Part shown: piece after piece, positions 8,373-17,392 of the stretch
How the letters are laid out: every line of letters begins with the position of its first letter
Numbering within the stretch: the stretch's first letter is position 1
Assembly (NCBI GenBank): GCA_043719365.1
Contig: JAYSTZ010000906.1
Location: 1 to 35,732, forward strand
Direction: 5' to 3'
Source: Verrucomicrobiaceae bacterium
GTDB taxonomy: Bacteria; Verrucomicrobiota; Verrucomicrobiia; Chthoniobacterales; Chthoniobacteraceae
DNA: 35,732 bases
Position numbers and translations under genes: made by a program
Notes under the pieces: model-generated
The model's database searches: none
What the model was told of the DNA's origin: nothing
The model's input: only the letters and a program-made list of their open reading frames with translations

Positions 8373-9500
8373 ATGGTGCGCGCGTCGATGCGACTGCTGA
8401 TCATAAATTACGAGTTCCCCCCGCTGGGCGGCGGAGCGGGAAACGCCACCGCGTGTCTCGCTCGCGAATGGGCGCTCGCAGGGCACTCGGTCGAGATTTT
8501 GACCGGCGGCTTCCGGGGACTTCCCGCTCGCGAGGAACGGGACGGCTACAGGATTCGCAGACTCCCGACGCCGCGCGCGGAACAAGGGCAATGTTCGGTG
8601 CCGGAAATGTGCATGGTCATGGCCGCGTCCTGTATCGCAGCGGTTTCCGGACCGAAGCCGGACTTGGTGATCGCCTTTTTCAGCATTCCGGGAGGCCCTG
8701 CGGCGTTGCTGCTCAGTCTCCTATGCGGCGTGCCGTACATCGTGTCTCTTCGCGGCGGTGATGTGCCGGGGTTCGATGCAAAAAACCTCACCGCTCTTCA
8801 CGCCATCACAAATCCCCTCACCGCACTGATTTGGCGAAACGCGCGAGCCGTAGTGGGCAACAGCGCCGGGCTCTGCCAGCTCGCACAAAACTTCATGCCG
8901 GGACTTACCGTGCCCGAGATTCCGAACGGCGTGGACACCGAACGATTTTTCCCGGTGCCCCGCAAGCAGGACGGCACCTGCGAGTTGCTGTTCGTCGGTC
9001 GGCTCGCACCGCAAAAAGGCGTGGACATTCTACTGAATGCGCTCGCTCTTGTCCCCACCGGATGGCGGCTTCGGATCGCGGGCGATGGTCCGGAACGCGA
9101 GCATTTATCAGCTTTAGCGACCACACTCGGCCTGGCCGACCGGGTGACTTTTCTCGGCTGGACGCAGCGCGATGCACTGCCGGAGCTCTACCGGAGCGCG
9201 GATGTTTTCGTATTCCCATCTTACGATGAAGGCATGCCAAACGTCGTATTGGAAGCGCTTGCGAGCGGCCTCCCGATTGTCGCAACGCGCATCGCTGGAA
9301 ACGACCAGCTTGTCGTGGATGGTGAAAACGGTGCGCTCGTTCCTCCGGGAAATCCCGGAGCGTTTGCCCATGCTTTGTTTCCCGTAATCGCAGACCGCAC
9401 GCTGCGGACGGCGATGGGCGAATCCAGCCGGAGAATCGCCGTGGCACGCTTCTCCTGGGCTCGCTCGGCAGCGGCTTACGAGCAACTGTTCTCGGCGTGA
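8373..9500 (+). CDS. glycosyltransferase family 4 (GT-B, retaining type)
   Basis: 375 aa with N-terminal RLLIINYEFPPLGGGAGNA and the C-terminal EX7E region FPSYDEGMPNVVLEALASGLPIVATR. An alternative ATG lies at 8388. The gene is divergent from mraZ. Confidence 0.85.
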   Translation: MVRASMRLLIINYEFPPLGGGAGNATACLAREWALAGHSVEILTGGFRGLPAREERDGYRIRRLPTPRAEQGQCSVPEMCMVMAASCIAAVSGPKPDLVIAFFSIPGGPAALLLSLLCGVPYIVSLRGGDVPGFDAKNLTALHAITNPLTALIWRNARAVVGNSAGLCQLAQNFMPGLTVPEIPNGVDTERFFPVPRKQDGTCELLFVGRLAPQKGVDILLNALALVPTGWRLRIAGDGPEREHLSALATTLGLADRVTFLGWTQRDALPELYRSADVFVFPSYDEGMPNVVLEALASGLPIVATRIAGNDQLVVDGENGALVPPGNPGAFAHALFPVIADRTLRTAMGESSRRIAVARFSWARSAAAYEQLFSA

Positions 9501-9510
9501 AGGCGCGGCA

Positions 9511-12500
9511 TCAATGCCCCGCGCTCGCCGTGCCTTGGATGGCGATTTCGCGGTAGAGGTTGTAGCCGAGCGGTCCGTCTGCAAACTCGAAGCGCAGAGC
9601 CACGACGCCACGCAGCTTTGCGCTGGCTGCGATACTGACTTCCGTGGCTCCGGATTTCGTCGGGAGCTTCACGGTCTCGACCGGATTGAACTTCGCAGGC
9701 TCGTGCGCAGTGGCCGCGAAGACTGTGAATGCCTGCGATGCACGACCATCAATGTGGCCCGCAAATGTGCGGATTTCAGAAAGGTCGTATCCACCGTGCG
9801 CTTTGGCGGTATCCAGCGTGACGGTCAACGAATCACCTTTTCCGTAGCCGCGGAAGGTTTTGCCGTCGTCCAGCGTGGCGGCTTGTGCGGAGCCGTTTCG
9901 CGTGGTGCCGTTGAAGAGCGCGCTGGCGTCGCTGCCTCCGCCGGGATTGCTCGCTTTGTCCTCGGTCTTTGCGATGGCGATTCGGGACTTCGGAATGCGA
10001 GCTTCGAACCCGTCGAGCGCAGCATTCGTTCGCGGATCGACTTGCGACGGAGCCTCAATGATAAGCACGCCCTTCATCACCCGCCAGTGACCCGGAAATG
10101 TGCAGAGGTAGGGATATTCACCCGGTTCTTTCGGAGCGTCGAATGTGAGTTCGGCCCTCGTGTTTGGCGCGACGAGTGGCGTTGCGAAAAGGACTTTCGG
10201 CGATACGGGGACATAGTTTTGCGCCATGCCTTTCGGGTCGGCGGCGAGCTTGTCGGCGAGCGCTCCGACTTCCTCTTCAGCGCCCCGGGCAAGCAGCACG
10301 AAATTGTGCATCATGAGGTCCGGGTTGTCGAAAATGAGCCGCACTTTTGCGCCCGGCTTTGCGCGCAGTTCGCGTGGTGCGAAGATCATTTGATTCGGCA
10401 CGGCCTGCACTCGCAGTGCCTTCCCGAGTGCGGCGGTTGTTTTCTCCCACTCGGCGGAAAATGCGGCAAGTTGTGCGTCGTCGGAGGCCAACCGTGCGCC
10501 TGAGAGTTTTTCGCCGATTGGACTAAAAAGATACACCGCCGGTGGCGCGGCGCGGAGCTTGCGATATGCGATTTCCAGCGTGTTCAGTCCGGGTTGTAGT
10601 TCAAGGCGGGCTTGCTGTTCACTGGTCCACTGCGAGTCGAATGAGAGCACTTGCACACCGTTGAGCGACACGTCGAGATAGCTGTATCGCAATGCAAGCA
10701 CGGCGGGCTGCGCAGCATCGCTACGGATGAATGTCTGATAGACACCCTCGCCGAGATTATTCCATTTTCCCAGTAATGCATCCTTCGGGATTTCGAGCAC
10801 CGGCACGCTGCTGGCGAGCCGCGGCGCGGTGCCTGCGGAAAGATCCGCAAGCATCTGTTTCACGCTCACGTTTTGTTCAGCGTGGAATGAGTGGACAAGT
10901 TTCTCGACCGCGGGAAATGCCGGACGCAAATGAGCGATGGCATCCACGATTTCCATGCGCACCCGGGGATGTGCGTCGGTTGCGACGCTTTCCAAAAGCG
11001 TAACGAAATCCGGTAGTCTCGCTGCCTGCAAACGGACGAGATGCACAGCGGCGGCGCGATGCAGCGGCGACTGCGATTTCAATAATGCTGCAAGCAGCGC
11101 AGGCCGCGTTTCACCAAGGCCTTCGCACACAAACAGCGACTCAAGCATCGCTTGGTCGTCGGTCATTTTTCCAGCCACCCATACATCGACTGCAGCGAAC
11201 GCGGGCTTGCCGAGCTTGCGCAATTCGACGCGCGCGTGATGCCTCACGATGTCCTGCGGATGCGAGAGCAACGCGCACAATTCCTGCGCACCGCGACCTT
11301 CAATGACCGGCCAGTCTTTGACGACTGGCTTCGCATCATAGACGACCCGCCAGATGCGTCCTTTTGTGTGATTCCAACGCGCATCGCGCATCGGGTTTTG
11401 CGCATGGCCGATAATCGCGCTCGAGAAATCCGACACGTAAAGCGCACCGTCGAATCCAAAGTTCACATCCACCGGACGGAACGCTGGGTTTTGCGATGAA
11501 AGCAAATCGAGCCGGTCGCTGCCTCGCACCGCGCCCTGGCTGAAGTCGCATTTTGTGAGCGACACCACATAGGGCCCGAGCAGGACACCGCTGGCGATTC
11601 CCTGCTGATATTCGTCAGGAAAGTTCGGGCTGGAGATGCTCGCGGCTCCGCTGCCTTTGCCATAATCGAGCAGCTTTCCGTAGGCATAGGGCTGGTAGAT
11701 TCCAAGCGGCGTCCATGTCAGCGGCAAGCCGTCGAGCACGTCGCCGCCACCATACATTTGGAAAACATTTCCCGTTCGATCAAACGTCACGCGCCACGGA
11801 TTTGGCGTGAGGCTCTGCCACTCCGTCTCAATGCGCCCCGTGCGCATGTTTTGGCGATACGTCGAAGAATCGAATCCGCGATGAACTCCAAACGGCGTCT
11901 CGAATTGCGAGCGATGAAAAACACCGTCGGAAAACCACACACCGCCCGTCGGGTCCGTAGCCACCATTCCGCCGTGGTGCGAGTCGGTGACATCGAGCCC
12001 GCGCAGCGCTTCCGTCTTCGTATCCGCGCGGCCATCGCCGTCCGTGTCGCGCATCAGCCAGTGGCGCGATTGCTCGCCGATGAGCGCGCCGTTTTCCGTA
12101 AATGCGATGCCGTCGAGAGCGTCGAACCCGCCCGCGAAAGTCGTGCATTGATCGGCTTTTCCGTCGCGGTCCGTGTCTTCGAGGATGATGATTTTGTCCT
12201 CCTGCGGCTGTCCCGGAACGGTGTGAGGAAAGCTCGGCATCGTCACCACCCACAGCCGTCCGCGTGCATCGAACGAAATCTGCACCGGCGCGCGAAGCTC
12301 GGGAAATTGCTCCTCGGAGGCGAAGAGATTCAGCGAATATCCCGGTGCGACTTTCAAGTCCGCCTGCATCTCCGCAGGCGGCTTCACCGTCCCCACTCCG
12401 CTGTTCGATCCGCCCTTCGTCACCTGCGGCAACGGCGCGAGCGCGATGAACGGAAGTTCCGCAAATTTCACACTCTCGCTCGCCGCGACTTCATGGACGA

Positions 12501-13356
12501 GCGCATCCGCTTTTGAAATGCGCTGGAGATACAGCGGCAAATCTGCGGCGCGTTCGTTCGGACGCTTCCGCTGGCCGTAATAAAGAATGCCGTTCTTCGG
12601 GCGCACGACTTCCGCCGTGTAATACGCAAGCTGCGATGCCGCTGCGGCGACCTCTTTCACTCGCGCTGCATCCGCCTTCGCTGCCGCCTCGCCCGCGAGC
12701 GCCGATGCAATAATGGGTGCCATCGCCCGATTGCCGGCGTCGTTGAGATGGATTCCGTCCGTCGTCAGAGGCACCGCGCTTTTTGCATAGTCCGACTGGC
12801 TCGCCGTGAACAAATCCACAAAGATTGCACCGCGCTTTTTCGCAGCCGCTTCCAGCGCATCCGCGTAGAGCTTCACCACCGCCGATCTCGCGGAATCGCC
12901 TTCCGTCGCGATGGGCGAGAGAATTACAAACTTCGCCTCCGGATGCAGCCGCGCCAGTTGATCGAGATAACCGTCGAGCGCGGAGCGAAACGCCGGCAGT
13001 CCCGCCGCACCAGCAAATGATTCGTTCGAGCCATAGCCCAGCACGACCACCTTCGCCGGCCACGCTGAGAGAAGCTCTTTCATGTGGGCCGCGTAGCCCT
13101 CGGCGCGCAGACGGTTTGCCACTTCATCGCCGGTCCACGCGAGGCTGCGGAAATGCACATTCTTTCCGGGAGTCGCGAGTTGCACCCGCGCCTCCATCTC
13201 GCCGTGCTCCAGCAGTCTTTCCACCATGGAATTTCCATAGAAAAGGACGGTGTCTTCCGGCTGAAATGCAATCTCTGCGCGCACCGCAGATGCAGCAAGG
13301 AAGAAAATGGAAGCCTGACGAAACAGGCAGGAAAATCGCTCGAATGATGGCAACAT
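9511..13356 (-). CDS. secreted multidomain protein: SGNH/GDSL hydrolase, beta-propeller 'membrane-bound dehydrogenase'-type domain, HEAT repeats, beta-sandwich, azurin-like cupredoxin, discoidin-like domain
   Basis: The ORF-track start at 13377 is TTG; the first ATG (13356) gives MLPSFERFSCLFRQASIFFLAASAVRA, a Sec signal. Residues are numbered from 13377.
- SGNH blocks: FYGNSM, GYGSNES, DGIHLND (about aa 40-228).
- Propeller with Ca-type loops DTDRDGKAD and DTDGDGRAD (about aa 335-690).
- HEAT-like HPRVRMEIVDAIAHL (about aa 695-835).
- Cupredoxin (aa 988-1108).
- C-terminal galactose-binding-like domain (about aa 1140-1285).
There is no CxxCH motif anywhere in the protein. Confidence 0.85.
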   Translation of the reverse strand: MLPSFERFSCLFRQASIFFLAASAVRAEIAFQPEDTVLFYGNSMVERLLEHGEMEARVQLATPGKNVHFRSLAWTGDEVANRLRAEGYAAHMKELLSAWPAKVVVLGYGSNESFAGAAGLPAFRSALDGYLDQLARLHPEAKFVILSPIATEGDSARSAVVKLYADALEAAAKKRGAIFVDLFTASQSDYAKSAVPLTTDGIHLNDAGNRAMAPIIASALAGEAAAKADAARVKEVAAAASQLAYYTAEVVRPKNGILYYGQRKRPNERAADLPLYLQRISKADALVHEVAASESVKFAELPFIALAPLPQVTKGGSNSGVGTVKPPAEMQADLKVAPGYSLNLFASEEQFPELRAPVQISFDARGRLWVVTMPSFPHTVPGQPQEDKIIILEDTDRDGKADQCTTFAGGFDALDGIAFTENGALIGEQSRHWLMRDTDGDGRADTKTEALRGLDVTDSHHGGMVATDPTGGVWFSDGVFHRSQFETPFGVHRGFDSSTYRQNMRTGRIETEWQSLTPNPWRVTFDRTGNVFQMYGGGDVLDGLPLTWTPLGIYQPYAYGKLLDYGKGSGAASISSPNFPDEYQQGIASGVLLGPYVVSLTKCDFSQGAVRGSDRLDLLSSQNPAFRPVDVNFGFDGALYVSDFSSAIIGHAQNPMRDARWNHTKGRIWRVVYDAKPVVKDWPVIEGRGAQELCALLSHPQDIVRHHARVELRKLGKPAFAAVDVWVAGKMTDDQAMLESLFVCEGLGETRPALLAALLKSQSPLHRAAAVHLVRLQAARLPDFVTLLESVATDAHPRVRMEIVDAIAHLRPAFPAVEKLVHSFHAEQNVSVKQMLADLSAGTAPRLASSVPVLEIPKDALLGKWNNLGEGVYQTFIRSDAAQPAVLALRYSYLDVSLNGVQVLSFDSQWTSEQQARLELQPGLNTLEIAYRKLRAAPPAVYLFSPIGEKLSGARLASDDAQLAAFSAEWEKTTAALGKALRVQAVPNQMIFAPRELRAKPGAKVRLIFDNPDLMMHNFVLLARGAEEEVGALADKLAADPKGMAQNYVPVSPKVLFATPLVAPNTRAELTFDAPKEPGEYPYLCTFPGHWRVMKGVLIIEAPSQVDPRTNAALDGFEARIPKSRIAIAKTEDKASNPGGGSDASALFNGTTRNGSAQAATLDDGKTFRGYGKGDSLTVTLDTAKAHGGYDLSEIRTFAGHIDGRASQAFTVFAATAHEPAKFNPVETVKLPTKSGATEVSIAASAKLRGVVALRFEFADGPLGYNLYREIAIQGTASAGH
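10054..10416 (-). other. azurin-type blue-copper (cupredoxin) domain inside the 1288-aa protein
   Basis: MMHNFVLL and YPYLCTFPGHWRVMKGVL parallel the azurin segments GHNWVL and YMFFCTFPGHSALMKG. I verified the putative Cu ligand codons on the DNA: His 10306-10308, Cys 10102-10104, His 10087-10089, Met 10075-10077. Confidence 0.75.
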
Positions 13357-13475
13357 GCGCAGTTCATGTCGGTTCAAAGCGGGCCATGCAATGTCCGGTT
13401 TTTCTCCGGGGAACGCGTCATCATCTTTTGGTTTTCATGCAGGAACGGTTCTGCTTTGCTGGATCATTTTACACT

Positions 13476-14873
13476 ATGAAATACATCGCCGCCTCTCTCC
13501 TTTACGCATGCACCGCAGCTCTCGCCGCGAAAGCTCCGGTCAAAAACGAATCGTTCACTGTGCGCCCCCTGCTTACGGCGACGGTCCTCCCCGAGACCGT
13601 GCTGCCGATCACTGTGGATGCGCGGCAGTGGGGCGTTTTCACGATTGCGGAGATTCTTCCGCACGGCAGCGCGGTGAAAAAAGATCAGGTCCTCGTGCGG
13701 TTTGACGATGAAGACTATCTGAAGAAGCTCCGTGATGCAGAATCCGCCGCCGCTGCGGGCGAACTCACGCAGGCCAACGCAGAAGCGGAATTCATCACTG
13801 CGGAAAAGTTTTTGCCGATGCAGTTACAAGCCGCGAAGATCAAGGCGGAGGAGGCGGCGGAAGCGTGGGAGTATTTCAAAACCGTTCGTCGGGAATCCGA
13901 CACCACCCGGGCAAATCTCATGCTGAAGCAGTCCGAGCTCCGGCTGGATGCGGAGCGCGAGGAGCTCAAACAACTGGAGAAGATGTACAAGGCCGACGAC
14001 CTGACCGAAAACACGGAGGAAATCGTGATGAAGCGCCAGCGCGAAAGCGTGAAGGCCGCGGAGATCAGCCTCGAACTCACGAAGCTCAGCCACAAACGAC
14101 AGATGGAGGTTTTGCTGCCGCGGGAGGCCGTGGCTTTGGAGCGGGATGCGCTCTCCTCGTCGATCACGATCAAGGAGCAGGAACAGAGCATCCCACGCAG
14201 CCTGAAGCTCAAGCGCATGGCCCTCGAAGACGCCCGCGTTGCCGCAAAGCGCGCTGCCGAAAACCTCGCAAAGCTCCAGTCGGAGAAACCGATGTTCGTC
14301 ATCAAGGCTCCTGCCGACGGCTATTTCTACTACGGCAACATTCAGGACGGCCGCTGGTCTCCGGGCGATCCCGCGAAAGCTCCGGCGGTGCTCGTGCCCG
14401 TGGCTACTCGCCGGCCGTTCGCGGTGATTGTTCCGAGCAATGCGACAATGGTGCTGGAATCGACTGTAGATGAAGCCACGGCGCGTTCGCTGAAGGCCGA
14501 TCTTGCGGGATTCGCGAGCTTCACAGGGCGCGCGGATGGTTCTTTCCCGGTGAAAGTTTCGAATGTTTCCACGACCCCGGGCGTGGATGGGCGCTACCGC
14601 GTCACGCTGAGCGGTCAATACCCTGCTGACATCCCGTTGGTGGCGGGCACGACCGCATCCGCCCAAATCATCGCCTACCACAAAGACGCCGCGCTGAGCG
14701 TCCCGTTGAAAGCATTGAACCCAACGAACGACGGAGGCTGGGAAGTCGAGGTGGAAGAAGCCGAGGGAAAAACGAAACGCGTGCCGGTAAAACGCGGCAT
14801 GACCTCGGGCGACAAAGTGGAGATCCTCTCCGGCCTCACGCAGGACCAGTCCGTCATCACGCCCGGAGCATGA
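13476..14873 (+). CDS. HlyD/membrane-fusion-protein family periplasmic adaptor (orphan, with no transporter gene adjacent)
   Basis: The start is taken at ATG 13476 (MKYIAASLLYACTAALAAKAP, a signal peptide), because the ORF-track start at 12825 overlaps the opposite-strand 1288-aa gene. The protein has a lipoyl-like segment (GSAVKKDQVLVRFDDEDY), a long Ala/Glu/Lys coiled-coil hairpin, a beta-barrel (FVIKAPADGYF) and a typical MFP C-terminus (KRVPVKRGMTSGDKVEILSGL). Confidence 0.8.
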   Translation: MKYIAASLLYACTAALAAKAPVKNESFTVRPLLTATVLPETVLPITVDARQWGVFTIAEILPHGSAVKKDQVLVRFDDEDYLKKLRDAESAAAAGELTQANAEAEFITAEKFLPMQLQAAKIKAEEAAEAWEYFKTVRRESDTTRANLMLKQSELRLDAEREELKQLEKMYKADDLTENTEEIVMKRQRESVKAAEISLELTKLSHKRQMEVLLPREAVALERDALSSSITIKEQEQSIPRSLKLKRMALEDARVAAKRAAENLAKLQSEKPMFVIKAPADGYFYYGNIQDGRWSPGDPAKAPAVLVPVATRRPFAVIVPSNATMVLESTVDEATARSLKADLAGFASFTGRADGSFPVKVSNVSTTPGVDGRYRVTLSGQYPADIPLVAGTTASAQIIAYHKDAALSVPLKALNPTNDGGWEVEVEEAEGKTKRVPVKRGMTSGDKVEILSGLTQDQSVITPGA

Positions 14874-16063
14874 GAAGAATGATTTGCGCCACGTTTCTCG
14901 CGGGGACGGTCGCGCTGGTTGCGGACTCCGCCGTAGTCGATAGCCGCGTGCTCATACCGAAAGAGCAAGCGACTCTCGCTGCGGTGAATGCAGCTATTAC
15001 CAAAGGCGTGGACTTTTTAGTTGGCAAACAAAACGCCGACGGCTCCTTTGGCGGCCCCACCCGCACGAAAGGTCTCAACATTTATGCACCGCTCCCCGGC
15101 GCGCAGGACGCCTACCTCGCAGGGACAAGCGGCCTGGCGATTTCCGGGCTTGTCGATGCGCGGGATTCGCGCCCGGAAGTGAAGGCGGCGATCGACAAAG
15201 CGGAAAAGTGGGCGCTCGCCAAATTGCCGGAACTGCGACGAGCCGATCCCACCACGACTTACAACGCCTGGGGTCATGCGTACGGCTTGAGGGCAATTTC
15301 GCGCCTGTATCAATCCGCTGCCGGTGACGTGACGCGGCAGGCAGCGCTCAAATCGCTCGCGCAACAGCAAATCGGGCTGGCCGACCGATATGAATACCTG
15401 AATGGCGGTTGGGGATACCTTCATGTATTCGAGGATTTGCACACGCAAAAGCCCACCGGCATCACCACTTCGTTCACCACCGCGAGCGTGCTGCTCGCCA
15501 TGCATGAAGCCCGGGAAACGATGGGCATTACGCTCGATTCCAAAGTCGTAGCGACATCGCTCGATTCGATTCGGCGTCAGCAGTTTCCCGATTTCACCTA
15601 CGCTTACTCCCACAGCCACCGGCTCGCCCCGCAAAATGAGATCAACCGCCGGAATGGCTCGCTCGGTCGTTCGCAAGCCTGCAACGCAACGCTCCGGGCA
15701 TTTGGCGATCCGAAAATCACAGACGCGGTGCTGACAAGCTGGGCCGACAACTTCATCGAGTTTGAGCACTGGCTCGACTACGGACGCAAGAAGCCCGTGC
15801 CCCACGAATCCACGTTCAAAATCGCCGGATACTTCTACTATTACGGCATCTACTATTTCACCGTATCCGCGCGCTATCTGCCAAAGGACAAGCAGCGCGA
15901 ACTTGCCAAATCCCTCGCGAGGATCATCCTCACTCGGCAGGAAAAAGACGGCTCGTGGTGGGATTATCCGCTCTATGACTACGGCCAGTCTTACGGAACC
16001 GGCTACGCTCTGATGTCGCTCGCATGGTGCCGCGACGCCATGAGCGATCCGGTCAGCCAGTGA
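14870..16063 (+). CDS. secreted prenyltransferase/squalene-oxidase-repeat (alpha/alpha-toroid) protein
   Basis: 397 aa with a signal-like N-terminus and repeated toroid-type motifs (FLVGKQNADGSFGG, YLNGGWGY, TRQEKDGSWWDYPLY). The start ATG overlaps the adaptor gene stop as ATGA (14870-14873). Confidence 0.6.
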   Translation: MRRMICATFLAGTVALVADSAVVDSRVLIPKEQATLAAVNAAITKGVDFLVGKQNADGSFGGPTRTKGLNIYAPLPGAQDAYLAGTSGLAISGLVDARDSRPEVKAAIDKAEKWALAKLPELRRADPTTTYNAWGHAYGLRAISRLYQSAAGDVTRQAALKSLAQQQIGLADRYEYLNGGWGYLHVFEDLHTQKPTGITTSFTTASVLLAMHEARETMGITLDSKVVATSLDSIRRQQFPDFTYAYSHSHRLAPQNEINRRNGSLGRSQACNATLRAFGDPKITDAVLTSWADNFIEFEHWLDYGRKKPVPHESTFKIAGYFYYYGIYYFTVSARYLPKDKQRELAKSLARIILTRQEKDGSWWDYPLYDYGQSYGTGYALMSLAWCRDAMSDPVSQ

Positions 16064-16125
16064 CGGAACACCGGTTGCCGGAAACTCGCGTTTAGAAAGT
16101 GCAATTCGCACGGCTTTAGTCCACG

Positions 16126-17019
16126 TTGCGCGAAGTCCAATTGTCGCCAACATCACCAAGTCCACGCCGCCGCACGCGCGCTCCTGCTGCACAGCCTCAG
16201 CTTCCCGCTGTGTCTCCGCCGCGCGTATTGCCGCCTGGAATTCCACCGGGCGTGAGGCCCCGGCGTCCCTCGGGAAAAGGCTTCCGATTTAAGTCCCTGC
16301 TCCCGCATTTGGGGCTCGTGCTGCTCCTGCTCGGGTTGTGGTTCGCGATTCCGCGAAAACCTGGAGAGGTGGCTCCGGGAGAGATGGAATCAACCGTGCC
16401 TGTAATCGTCGTGGATGCAGGCCACGGAGGGCATGACAACGGGGCGACCCGAAGCGGCATGGTGGAGAAAGACCTCGCGCTCGACACTGCACTAAGGCTG
16501 GAACGATTACTGATCTCACGGGGCTTTAAAGTCGTGATGACGCGGCGAGACGATCGGTTTCGAACGCTTTCCGAGCGCTCGCAAGTCGCCAACGAAATCC
16601 CACGGGCACTATTCGTCAGCGTTCACTTCAATGACAATGCAACTGCAAGCGGTGAGGGCGTGGAGACGTTCTACGCTTCGGAAAAGGTCGTCGGTTCGGG
16701 AACCGGTCTTTTTGCAAAGCGAGTGGAACCGCCGCCGGCCGACAACGGGGAGGGCTTTGCGCAAGCCGTTCAGCAGGCACTTGTGTCGCGACTCGGCGTC
16801 ATGGATCGCGGCGTAAAAAGTCGGCCTCTCGCAGTGGTTCGGCACACGCGATGCCCGGCGGTGTTGGTGGAAGGCGGCTTTATGAACAACCCCGCCGAGG
16901 CGCGCAGACTGAAAGACACGGGCTACCGGGAAAGACTGGCGAATGCCATCGCGGAAGGCGTCGCGGCGTATCATCAGAGCCGGGTGCTCGCGACCGGGCC
17001 CACGCAAGCGACACGGTAG
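16126..17019 (+). CDS. N-acetylmuramoyl-L-alanine amidase (Amidase_3 / AmiC-type)
   Basis: Motifs are VIVVDAGHGGHDNGA, LFVSVHFN, VETFY and PAVLVEGGFMNNPAEA. The catalytic domain follows a TM helix (LLPHLGLVLLLLGLWFAI). The ORF opens with TTG at 16126 and no in-frame ATG precedes the TM helix, so the exact start is uncertain. Confidence 0.88.
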   Translation: MREVQLSPTSPSPRRRTRAPAAQPQLPAVSPPRVLPPGIPPGVRPRRPSGKGFRFKSLLPHLGLVLLLLGLWFAIPRKPGEVAPGEMESTVPVIVVDAGHGGHDNGATRSGMVEKDLALDTALRLERLLISRGFKVVMTRRDDRFRTLSERSQVANEIPRALFVSVHFNDNATASGEGVETFYASEKVVGSGTGLFAKRVEPPPADNGEGFAQAVQQALVSRLGVMDRGVKSRPLAVVRHTRCPAVLVEGGFMNNPAEARRLKDTGYRERLANAIAEGVAAYHQSRVLATGPTQATR

Positions 17020-17375
17020 CGTAGTTGCCGTTGCGAATCGTTCACCCTCGTTCTACCCGTCATTTTTCTGCCAATAGTAGCGCCTCTCATTGGGCATAAA
17101 AGGATCTGCGGACCGCTCGTCACGGGCGATCTCATTTCGCAAAAATAATCAGACCCTAGTTTTGTTGTTTTGAAGGAGGGCTTCGACGCGTCTGGAGCTG
17201 GCGACGCAAACGGTAACGGCGGTGGAGAAGTAGCGAATCGGGAAAAGGGCGGAGGCAGCAGCAGCAGGCTCCCGTGTTACAAAGCTGGGTGCCTGCACGG
17301 GGCGAGACGCGATTGACCGGCATTCCATCGCGGCACCCGGCGCACGGGTGTCTCACAGAAATACTCCCAAAGAAA

Positions 17376-17392
17376 CCGCTTGTCACAAGCGG
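17376..17392. promoter_or_regulatory. inverted repeat CCGCTTGT-C-ACAAGCGG (8-bp arms) in the leader of the giant gene
   Basis: Read directly from the sequence, 86-102 nt upstream of the ATG at 17478. On the minus strand it is followed by TTTCTTTGGG, but there is no minus-strand gene upstream for it to terminate. It is a candidate operator or RNA stem. Confidence 0.3.

Noticed and set aside
9503-9524. GCGCGG-N10-CCGCGC hairpin straddling the convergent stops of the GT4 gene and the 1288-aa gene, considered as a possible bidirectional terminator.
   Set aside because: The stem is only 6 bp with a 10-nt loop and no U-tract on either strand, so it is too weak to call. I saw no convincing intrinsic terminator anywhere in the window.
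15017-16246. 409-aa minus-strand ORF antisense to the toroid-protein gene.
   Set aside because: It is a shadow ORF typical of GC-rich DNA. It is Arg/Gly/Ala-rich with no motifs, and it fully overlaps a plus-strand gene that has clear domain signatures and a coupled start.
17255-17267. (GCA)4 trinucleotide run.
   Set aside because: It is too short to be a meaningful microsatellite or a phase-variation tract, and it lies outside any coding frame.
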